Shown here piece by piece: positions 37,421 through 47,942 of a DNA stretch of 64,000 nt. Each line of letters begins with the position of its first letter. Position 1 is the first letter of the stretch. The notes below the pieces were generated by a model. The model was not told the origin of the DNA. It saw only the letters and a program-made list of their open reading frames with translations, and did not search any database. This DNA is from Octopus sinensis (lineage: Eukaryota), in contig NC_042997.1 in the NCBI RefSeq assembly GCF_006345805.1, positions 213,156,001 through 213,220,000 on the forward strand, written 5' to 3'. The position numbers were made by a program, and so were the translations under genes.

Positions 37421-38183
37421 AGAGGAAGCACCCTTAACGAACTGAACATTCAATGCTAAACAGTTCTGAGAGGTGCATGTTTAATTTAATCACCAATTAA
37501 ATACTCCTGTACATTGTGAAGAACCAGCTTCTCAAGATGGAACCAAATCTGGCAGTTCTTAAAACAGCCATCAAGTAGTGATGGTCCTCCCTGCCAAATC
37601 CTTTGGGTTCAAATTGACTAGCGTTCCACCAATGTTAGATGTATTCCTGACCTACGCTGTAATGTATCACATCAGATAGATGTTATTAAATGGTCTGCCA
37701 ACGATCGCGCAAGTTTGTGCTTTTCTAACTAAAGTACCAACCACTTAGTGAGCACCTTACCAAAGTCTTTAACCCTATGCTGAACAGAGTTATGAATCTG
37801 AAGTTTTCTGTAACACCCCTTTTGTCCAGATTCTTCCTCCACAGTGTAAATCCTTGGATCACTCAACTGGGAGCGCTTCCAGCTTCAGTAAACAGCTACC
37901 AAATAAGGAAGATCATTTTGGTGGTCGATCACAGTAATACAAAGCATCAAAAGTACAAGTCTTGCATGGCAATTTTCTTGATCAAAATAGACAGAACTAC
38001 ACGGGTGATCTGAAACAAGATGAAATTGGAATACAGTAATTATGTAACGGAGTTTATTTGTGATAAATTCATTGTTTCATATATTATTCCAGTATGGTGT
38101 CTATTCACTTGCACACATCACTTTAAAATATTTTTCAATAAATGTAAGGTGAAACACACTAAATTTGTTCTCCCACAAAATCA

Positions 38184-39230
38184 TCATCATCATCGTTTAA
38201 CGTCCGTTTTCCATGCTGGCATAGGTTGGACGGTTTGACTGGGGTCTGGGAAGCCAGGAGGCTGCACCAGGCTCCAGTCTGATCTGGCAGTGTTTCTACA
38301 GCTGGATGCCCTTCCTAATGCCAACCACTCAGTGAGTGTAGTGGGTGGCCTTAGCGAAAGAGGTTGTGAGGTGGACCAGATTGAAAGGGCTGAAGACAAG
38401 TGCCAGGCAAGGCTAGCAGCGGCACGATTGGTTGGTGCTTTTTACGTACCACCGGCGCGGAAGTCAGTAAAGGCGGCGCTGGCATCGGCCACGTTCGGAT
38501 GGTGCTTTTTACGTTCCACCGGCACAGGTATCACAGCTACAATTTTCATTTGAGTTTTTGATGTTGATGTACTTGACTCAATAAGTCTCCTCAAGCACAG
38601 CAGGCCATCCTGCGACCCAAGACACTTTGGATGGGCTGGGGCTTCTATGTGAAGCTGGTGCAGGAAACAACCATGAACTCACGTTATTTGTTGGGTCTTC
38701 GCAGTCACAGCGTATCTCCAGAGATCTCGGTCTTTCGTCATTGCCTCTGTGAGACCCAACATTCGAAGGTCATGCTTGACCACCTCATCCCATGTCTTCC
38801 TGGGTCTACCTCTACCCCGGATTCCTTCAAGTGTTTGGGAGTGGCACTTCTTCACGCATCTCTCCTCATCCATCCATAGTACATGACCATATCAGCGCAG
38901 ACGTTTCTCTTGCATGCCACATCCGATGCTTCTTATGTCCAGCATTTCTCTCAGGGCACTTACACTCTGTCATGCATGGACACTGACATTACACATCCAG
39001 CGGATCATGCTAGATTCATTTCTTTCAAGCCTGCGCATGTCCTCTGCAGTCACAGCCCATGTTTCACTACTGAAGCATGGCAGTTCGCACACATGCATCG
39101 TACAATCTACCTTTCACTCCGAGCGGGAGACCCTTTGTCACCAGTAGGGGTGGGTGCTTTCTAAACTTTGCCCAGGCTATTCTTATTCTGGTGGTAACAA
39201 TCAATGAGCACCCCCCCTACTACTGGGATG
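38184..39230 (-). mobile_element. 5'-truncated RTE copy with ORF end, VNTR-containing 3' UTR and (GAT)n tail
   Basis: RGRGRPRKTWDEVVKHDLRMLGLTEAMTKDRDLWRYAV, then the tandem GTGCCGGTGG..AAAAAGCACC units and tail found in about 20 dispersed copies in this window. Confidence 0.9.
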
Positions 39231-39270
39231 CGACTTCTACATCAACAAGTGTATGTGCATATCTATCTAC

Positions 39271-39301
<31 letters not shown>

Positions 39302-39509
39302 CATACATACACACACACACATATATATGTACATGTGTGTGTATATATATATCATCATCGTTTAGCATCTGCTTTCCATGCTAGCATGGGTTGGACAGTT
39401 CAATTGGGGTCTGGGAAGCCAGAAGGCTGCACCAGGCCCAGTCTGATCTGGCAATGTTTCTACGGCTGGATGCCCTTCCTAACGCCAACCGTGAGTGTAG
39501 TGGGTTTTC

Positions 39510-42470
39510 CTTTCTTCCATGTAGCATGGCTGTTCATACACACACGTCATACAGTCTGCCTTTTACTCTGAGTGAGAGGCCTTTTGTCACCAGCAGAGGT
39601 GAGAGCTCTCTGAACTTTGCCCAGGCTATTCTCACTCTAGCAGTTACACTTTCAGCACACCTGCCCCTGCTACTGACTTAGTCACCTAGGTAATGGAAGC
39701 TATCAACTATTTCTAGTTTTTCTCCCTAAAATGTGACGGAGGTTGGTCTCTGCGCATTTTCAGTGTTATTTATTGCTATTTTCCTAGTTAGCCTTCCTTT
39801 GACATTGCTGTACCTCTTATGTGTCCATAGCTTACACTTGGTGCATCTTATAGAGTTTCTACCTACGCCTTTCCTACAGATTGAGCAGGCCCATCTACCT
39901 GAAGACGTTTGTGATTTGTCAACCTTCCTACTTATTAGGACTTTGGTTTTAGAAGGTTGACTCTAAGGCCCTTCGATTCTAATCCTTGCTTCCACACCTG
40001 AAACTTCTCCTCCAGTTCTGATAGTGACTCAACAATTAGAGCAAGGTCATCAGCATAGAGGAGCTCCCAAGGGCATCCTGTCTTGAAATCCTCCGTTATT
40101 GCCTGGAGGACTATGATAAATAGGAGGGGGCTGAAGACTGAACCTTGGTGGACCCTGACCTCTACCCAGAATTCTTCACTGTACTCATTGCCAACCCTCA
40201 CCTTACTAGCAGCGTCCCTGTACATGGCTCGTACAACTCTCACTAACCATTCATCTATCCCTAGTTTCCTCATTGACCACCAGATAAGGGATCAGGGGAA
40301 TCTGTCGAAGGCTTTCTCCATGTCAACAAAAGCCAGGTACAGGGGCTTATCTTTGGCTAGGTATTTCTCCTGCAGCTGCCTTACCAGGAATATAGCATCA
40401 GTGGTACTTTTCCCTGGCACGAACCCAAACTGCATCTCATCTAAACTAAATCTCTCTCTAATTAGTTGGGCTATGACCCTCTCCATAACCTTCATTACCT
40501 GATCCAACAGCTTGATACCCCTGTAGTTATTTGTATCTAGGGCGTCACCTTTACCTTTGTAGCAGTTGACTATTATGCTGCTACACCAGTCATTGGGTAT
40601 GACTCATTTATGTATTACCTGGTTAACTATACGGGTGACTAGGCTATAGCCGACACTACCAGATATTCTGAGCATCTCTGCAGTAATTCCTGATGTGCCT
40701 GGGGCTTTCCCTGTCTTCATGTTTCTAATTACCTTAAATACCAATGAACTGTCAATTCGGATAGCTGGTCCCTCTGTGGGGTCAACATTCGGCAGACTCT
40801 CTTTATCCCATTCATTTTCTTTATCCAGCAACCTTTCATAGTGGAGTCTCCAAACCTCTCTCTTTGCATCCTCATTTAGCGCAAGTGAACCATCATCCAT
40901 GCGAACACATTTCTCTCCTACCACATCACAATTCTCTCTCACACACTGTCTTGCAACACGAAATACCTCAAGTCTTTCATCCTCACGGGGCAGAACATTG
41001 GCAAATTTTTTCTTATCTGCTTCCCCTCTGTCTAAATAAACCTGCCTCCTAGCATCCCTTCTGGCAGTCTGATACACTTCCCTGCTACCACCATTCTTCC
41101 AGTCCTTCCAAGCCTGTTTCTTTTGTCTAATAGCCCTGTCAACTACATTGTTCCACCACCATGTTATTCTAGGTCGAGAGGGGACTTTGCACCAGCCACA
41201 GATCTGGTCAGTGGCTCTCAGCAGGTTGTCCCTTAGAAACCTCCAGTTGTCTTCTACCTCATGTGAAGCTATATCCCTTTCTATTTTGTCAAAGGCTTCG
41301 AGTAATATGTCCTTAAATCTCTGTCCACTCTCAGGATCTTTAAACTTCCAGACCCTTCTTCTCCATATTGGTCGTCTTCTGGTCGTCCTCTTAGTCCTGA
41401 TCCTAAAGTCACTAACTACCAGTCTATGTTGCAGGGTACATTCTTTGCCTGGGAAGGTTTTGGCATTTATACGCAGCCATCTTTCCCTTTTCCTGGCAAG
41501 GATGTAGTCAATTTGGCTGGTATGTCAGCCCGATCGATAGGTGACTAGGTGACTGGTAGGTTTCCTGAAGTTAGTGTTGCAGACCATAAGATCATTCGCA
41601 TCACAGAACTCCAGCAGCCTGGTTCCCTCCTTGTTGCGGGAACCATAGCCGTAGCCTCCGTGTACACCATGGAAGCCCCCAACATGTTGTCCAACATATC
41701 CATTGAAGTCACCAACCACAAAGAGAAGGTCCCTGTCATTCGTCGATGAGGTAGTCTGCAGTAGGGTGCCATAGAATCGGTCTTTCTGTCCATCAGGTAG
41801 CCCTGGCTGAGGGGCATAGGCCGATATAATGGTTGCTAATCCATGATGAAGCACTAATCTAATCTTAAGTACTCTATCACATACTCTGACTACCTCGATT
41901 ACCTTATCTACCCATTTTTTAGCGATAAGTATACCCACGCCTCCAACCCCGTCAGTGTTCCCTGCCCAGAAAATCTTGTACCTGTGTTCCTTGCCTGTGA
42001 GGAACCTAGCAGAACCTCCTCTCCACCTCACTTCTTGAATGCAGCATATATCAACACACCTCCGTTCAAGCAACTCAACAATCCTGCCAAACCTACCTTT
42101 CAGTGTACCAACGTTGAGGGTGCCAACCCTGAGAGTGTTGGAGGTATAGGACCTAGGCACCTTGGGATGGGGGACAGTAGCTTCATGTACCTGAAAAGAA
42201 AACTCGCATTTGGCACGATTCATAGACAAACAATAGACTTAAGTTCAAACCGCGTACACTACACTATCATATTTTGCAATGTATGATCACTACCTTATAT
42301 AGCAGGGGTGGGGGTGGCGTAAGACTTTTGAAGTGTACATGGGAGACAACCAAGGATGAGAAAATTTGAGACTTCCTGTAGAGGTGGAGGGGGTGGGAGG
42401 GTGGTTGCACTGCGAAAACTAGCAGCCATGAAGGAACTATAGAATTATATATATTAAAAACGAGGCGTGA
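39510..42470 (-). mobile_element. Near full-length but frameshifted RTE LINE (APE endonuclease + RT), 3'-truncated
   Basis: LRVGTLNVGTLKGR..CIQEVRWRG..SAYAPQ..GDFNG (APE); QFGFVPGKSTTDAIF..AFVDMEKAFDR, VHQGSVFSPLLF, ELLYADDLAL (RT), split over at least 4 ORFs. Confidence 0.93.
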
Positions 42471-43459
42471 GGCTGAAATAAACAGAGTCAAACGAAAGCA
42501 CATGGCTTAGTGGTTTGGGCATTTGGATCACAATCGTAAGGTCATGAGTTCAATTCTGGTGATGCTTTGTGTCCTTGAGCAAGACACTTTATTTCTTGCC
42601 ACTCCAGTCCACTCACCTGGCAAAAATGAGTTGTACTGTATTTCAAAGGACCAGACTTGTCACATTCTGTGTCAAGCTGAATCTCCCTGAGAACTACATT
42701 AAGGGTACATGTGTCTGTGGAGTGCTCAACCACTTGTATGTTAATTTCAAGAGCATGCTGTTCTGTTGATTGTATCAGCTGGGACCCTTGTCGTCATAAC
42801 TGACGGAGTGGTCCTGTCCTATCCTATCCTATATATATATATTAAAAATGGGGAAGGCCAGTTCATGAGATTGCCTTAGGTTCTCTGTCCATAAAGGTTT
42901 TAGCTTTATGGTGTATCATCAGACCCCAAAACCTGTTGGCGTATGACCTCTTCAAAATATGGAGGGGGAAAATCCTCCCTATATTTGATATATACTGCTC
43001 TACATCTTAGAGTGTGATTCTTCATTGGGTTTGTTTTCTACAAATACACACACATATCCATATATATATACACACACATGGCAATGGACACGCACCATCC
43101 GTTCGTGTCTGTTGCCAGCCTCACCTGGCCCCCGTGCCGGTGGCACGTAAAAGCACCATCTGTTCATGGCCGTTTGCCAGCTCCGTCTGGCACCTGTGCA
43201 GGTGGCACGTAAAAAGCACCCACTACACTCACGGAGTGGTTGGCGTTAGGAAGGGCATCCAGCCGTAGAAACACTGCCAAATCTGACTGGGCCTGATGAA
43301 GCCTTCCGGCTTCACAGACCCCAGTTGAACCGTCCAACCCATGCTAGCATGGAAAACGGATGCTAAATGATGATGATGATTCATTCACTGCAGATACCAA
43401 GGACCTTTTCTCCAGTGGCTGCTGCAAATCAGTTTCAGTGAACAATAAGAGTAATGTCC

Positions 43460-44950
43460 TGTCTGTCACCAGGCTTTGCAGACTACCACAAACACCCTTA
43501 CACTGTTTCCCAGAGTACCTCGAGAAAATCTAGCACTGGAGTCTGTGGAAAGCTGTTACAATGGATTGAGTGTTTCCTGAGAAGCAAAACCTAATACATT
43601 GTGTCTGATGGAGTCCAGTCATGACCAAGTCATCAGTGGAATCCTATTGACTGCTGTGTTTAGAATTTCTTTTTATTCTATAAATGACCTTGCAGATTTC
43701 ATTAAACATAGCACCATAAAAATCTTTGCAGAGAACTCTAGGCTTCAGAAAGTCATCAAGTAGTGCATGATCCAGCAAAATTTTAATGGGATCTATTCTC
43801 AGTGGATGCCAAAAAGGTATTGCAACGGAACGAGAATAAACTGAGCCTCAAAAAAAGGGAACATATTCTGAAAAACTGTGTTCACTACCATTGGAATATC
43901 AACTGGTGCTATTGAATAATATCAGAGACTTTGGTGTAACTGTCGACAGCCTTAGCTGGAGTACACATATCAACAAAATGGCTGATATGGCCGGCGGAAT
44001 GTGCTCATGGATCTTCAGAACTTTTCAGTCTAGAGGTCATGAAATCATCATTCTTTTCTTCTCCATGTTTGCCAGACATTTGTGGTCCCCCTACACAAAA
44101 CGAGATATAATGAGGATTGAAGCACTGCAGAGATCAATCACACACACAAAAGAAATAAATGAGCAAGTGGTATGATGGTACTTGATTATTGGGTCACCTC
44201 AAAAACCTGAAACTCTGTTCAGTCCGATGCCGCCATGAGCACTATGGTATTTATACCAACTTTATCTAAATAATATCAATTGGCGCAGGAGTGGCTGTGT
44301 GGTAAGTAGCTTGCTAACCAACCACATGGTTCCGGGTTCAGTCCCACTGCGTGGCATCTTGAGCAAGTGTCTTCTGCTATAGCCCCGGGCCGACCAATGC
44401 CTTGTGAGTGGATTTGGTAGACGGAAACTGAAAGAAGCCTGTCGTATATATGTATATATATATAAGTGTGTGTGTTTGTGGGTTTGTGTGTCTGTGTTTG
44501 TCCCCCTAGCATTGCTTGACAACCAATGCTGGTGTGTTTACGTCCCCGTCACTTAGCAGTTCGGCAAAAGAGACCGATAGAATAAGTACTGGGCTTACAA
44601 AGAATAAGTCCCGGGGTCGATTTGCTCGACTAAAGGCGGTGCTCCAGCATGGCCACAGTCAAATGACTGAAACAAGTAAAAGAGTAAAAGAGTAAGGAGT
44701 TTACGAGTTGCCCAAGACTAAGCCCCTGTGCCTTACGCTCCAACAAAAGTCAAGTTCACATCACATGAGAACTTTTTTTTTAACCTCTTATGATCCTATT
44801 TTATTCAATGTTATCCCAAAAGAAATTAAAGTAGAAAAAGACCCCCACAACCTTCAAATGGTACCCAGATAAACTTCTCCAAGAAGTACCAGACAAACCA
44901 CCAAAACGTGGATTCATCTCAGCCAACAACTCTTTGCTTGAATGGTCGAT
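43460..44950 (+). mobile_element. Decayed CR1/Jockey-group LINE interrupted by a SINE (44286-44695)
   Basis: DFGVTVDSLSWSTHINKM..WIFRTFQSR, LWSPYTKRDIMRIEALQRSIT and 3' end FK..DKLLQEVPDKP..ANNSL. Confidence 0.7.
44286..44695 (+). mobile_element. Full-length tRNA/CORE-type SINE
   Basis: GCAGGAGTGGCTGTGTGGTAAGTAGC..GGGTTCAGTCCC head, CORE-like CTTGAGCAAGTGTCTT, internal TA/TG tract, (AAAAGAGT)n tail. Confidence 0.88.
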
Positions 44951-45159
44951 GATGTCCGAAAACATGGCTTAAAAGATCTCTGCAGCTGGTGTTTTAAGCT
45001 CGTCATAACTTAGATTGGCTGAAACCAATCTAGGTCATATATCTATCAAAACAGATCCGCGTTCGATTGTGCTGAAATAACTTAGAACAATTTATCAGTT
45101 GATCTTTTAGGTTGACATGGTCCGGGAAAATACTGACCGAAACATAAGTTTATAGTTAT

Positions 45160-45160
45160 G

Positions 45161-45196
<36 letters not shown>

Positions 45197-45540
45197 TGTG
45201 TACAGTGCTCAGGTGCACTACAACTCATCTAAAGTGTATATATAATCAGGTGTAGTTTCGGCGGATTTCAGAAAGCATGAGGGCCTTAAAGGATGCAGTG
45301 TCATGGCAGTCAACAACTGACGCAGGCAGTTTATTCCATGCTTTAGCAACTCTGAGCGTGAAAAAATGTTTCCGAAAGTCATGGGAGCTGTGTTGTTTTC
45401 TGACTTTGTAGGCATGTCCACGTGTGTTAGACACATGGAGATCAAAAAGGTGTTCAGTGTTGTTGTTGGTGAGGTGGTTGATAACTTTGTGGGTGTTTAC
45501 CAAGTCCGTCGCCAGACGCCGGAGTTTCAGTGAATCCATG
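45160..45540 (-). mobile_element. CR1-type LINE 3' end with (ATT)n tail
   Basis: SLKLRRLATDLVNTHKVI..TRGHAYKV..RKHFFTLRVAKAWNKLPASVV. Confidence 0.85.
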
Positions 45541-45727
45541 CCCAGGGAGTAGAAAGAGATGGAGAGAGAGAAAAGGAGTGTGAAAAAAAGAGAGAGGATG
45601 AGAGAAAATGAGGGAGAGACAGAGAAAGCAAGAGTATGAGAGAGAGAGAGAGAGACAGACAGAGAGGTTTAAGCATGGCTGGTTTGTAACTTAGTAGACC
45701 GATAGAAGGAAACCGATAGAATAAGTA

Positions 45728-45880
45728 GTGTCTGGGGAGAGTCATTTTCTTTTTGTGTCTTACAATGTAACACACTCACTGGTAAAATTTCCACTTATTT
45801 CTTATTCAATAGTCTTGACTTTACCGGTGAGTGTGTTATATTATAAGGCACAGAAAGAAAATGACTCTCTCCCCAGACAC
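45728..45880. repeat. Short foldback/MITE with about 60-bp inverted arms
   Basis: 45728-45786 pairs with 45820-45880 (GTGTCTGGGGAGAG.. / ..CTCTCCCCAGACAC); inserted in a SINE tail. Confidence 0.8.
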
Positions 45881-46640
45881 AACAGAATATGCTTCAACAC
45901 ACGAACTCACATAAAGAATCTTGCAAACCAAATACCAAAACAGTGGGATCGATTCGTTCGACTAGAATTCCCCATCTTGGCCACAGTCTAATGACTGAAA
46001 TAAGTAAAGGATAAAAGAAAAAGGAGAGAGAGAGAAAGAAACAAGGACAGAGAGAGAGAGAGAGAGAAACAGGGAGGGTTAGAGTGAAAGGAAGGTGGAG
46101 AGGCTTTTCAAGGGAAGTAATTGTTAAAACATTATAAAGAGTAATCTCCCTTATATCATTAACAATTTTTCTTTTTTAGTGAAGAATTGGCAAAAATTAA
46201 ATGGTTGATATAAGTTTATATTCTTTAAAAGAGAATTACTGTCATAACGTTTTTATTTCCACTTTCGCATTTTGATATTTGACTGCAATATACAAGTCCA
46301 ATCAGAGAGCTCCTTCTATATTTATCTCATAACTTCCACTTATCCCTTCTAAATAATGATAATAATGAAATTATTGTATACAGTGCTCAGGTGCACCACA
46401 ACGCAAATAAATGAAAAATAATAATGAATTTTTGTGTGCTATATGCACAAAACTTGCAATTTGAGGTAGGGAACTAGGTGATTACATCGACTCCAGTGCT
46501 TGACTAATACTTTATTATATTGACCCCAGAGAGAGGAAAGGCAAAGTTGGTTCTGGCGATATATGAACTCAGAATATAAAGAACCATAAGAAATACCGTA
46601 AGACGGGTCTGAATAATAATAATAAAAATAATACTAATAA

Positions 46641-46705
<65 letters not shown>

Positions 46706-46709
46706 GAAC

Positions 46710-46827
46710 GAACTATTGAGTTTGGTTTAATGGCCTACCAATGTATACTATGAGTTTCTTTGCCCTAGGAGTCGGGAAGATACTCGGCAAGAAATGGAAG
46801 CAAATTTGAAAGAAGAAAAAAAAAGTA

Positions 46828-46830
<3 letters not shown>
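46710..46830 (+). mobile_element. Short R4/Dong-like 3' end flanked on both sides by (AAT)n
   Basis: Similar to about 30505-30605 (GGCCTA..AATGTATA..TGAGTTTCT..CTAGG..GGAAGA..AAGAAATGGAA..AATTGAAAGAAG); (AAT)n at about 46615-46703 and 46829-46866. Confidence 0.75.
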
Positions 46831-46867
<37 letters not shown>

Positions 46868-47048
46868 GTACTGTCCACGTCACTAGAAAAACCCTTGATG
46901 TGTTTCTCTTCTGCCCTCGCCAAATTTTCAATTATACTTCAGCATCTGTTACCCTCCACTTGCCCTGAGGTGCTGGGTGTGTCCCTAGAAGTGATTGCAT
47001 TAAACATTCACATTAAAAGTAAACTAATGATGATGATGATAAATTATT

Positions 47049-47520
47049 GAAAACTAACTCAAAGCTTATTTTGCTGGGTATGGCGGAAAGTGTCAGCTGT
47101 CGACAGGCAGCAGGCTAGGGTGGAGCTAGCAGAACAGTTAGCACGCCGGGCGAAATGCTTTGCGGTATTTCGTCTCCCGTTACGTTGTGAGTTCAAATTC
47201 CGCCGAGGTCGACTTTGCCTTTCATCCTTTCGGGGTCAATAAATTTAGTACCAGTTACGCACTGGGGTCGATGTAATCGACTTAATCCATTTGTCTGTCC
47301 TTGTTTGTCCCCTCCATGTTTAGCCTCTTGTGGGTAGTAAAGAAACAGATACTTGTTTACTTGTCATACTTTAAGAACCCCTAGAATTGTTCGCAGGGTT
47401 CTTGAAGGATGACAAGTAAACAAGTGTGACCTTAGCCTGATCCCTGCTGGCTAAGGTGACACTTAGCTGTGGACAGCTGACACTTTGCATCGTACCTAGC
47501 AAAATAAGCTGTGAGTTTTC
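47049..47520. mobile_element. Inverted-repeat element with nested SINE (47117-47348) and internal hairpins
   Basis: 47049-47106 and 47467-47520 are imperfect inverted repeats; hairpins at 47351-47425 and 47429-47457. Confidence 0.65.
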
Positions 47521-47619
47521 ATCACGTAATAATAATAATAATAATAATAAGTTATTGAAAAATAACATACGTAGTAAACATAGAGAAAATATTACCGTTA
47601 AGAAAATCAATAAATATAT

Positions 47620-47703
47620 TTAAATAAAGTAATATAGATGTTAAATAAAGTAATATAGATGTTAAATAAAGTAATATAGATGTTAAATAAAGTAATATAG
47701 ATG
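47620..47703. repeat. 21-bp tandem repeat x4 (TTAAATAAAGTAATATAGATG)
   Basis: Four perfect copies. Confidence 0.95.
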
Positions 47704-47739
47704 CTATAAATGCTGTTGAAGAAGTTGTATTAAGTTTAT

Positions 47740-47894
47740 ACAATTAAAAAGTATTTCTGTTAATTCTGAGTGTTTTTTTGTTTTTTTTCCCTTTAAACCC
47801 AAATCCTTGAACGGAACATATTCTCAGTTGACACCGTCTGACCAAGGGCAGACAACCTGGTGACGTTGACCCTTTGCTGTGAAATCTGGGAACC
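47740..47894 (+). promoter_or_regulatory. Putative DCTN5 proximal promoter / 5' UTR
   Basis: Non-repetitive, relatively CpG-containing stretch directly upstream of the ATG. Positional inference only; TSS not determinable. Confidence 0.4.
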
Positions 47895-47942
47895 ATGGAA
47901 CTTCCCGAAGTGAAATATGACGTGACGGAATACATCGAAACG
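47895..47942 (+). CDS. DCTN5: Dynactin subunit 5 (p25), coding exon 1
   Basis: ATG in AACCATGG context translates MELPEVKYDVTEYIET, then a canonical donor ACG|GTAAGC (phase 0). It resembles the vertebrate DCTN5 N-terminus as I recall it (MELGELLYNKSEYIET) and joins in frame to exon 2. Confidence 0.93.
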
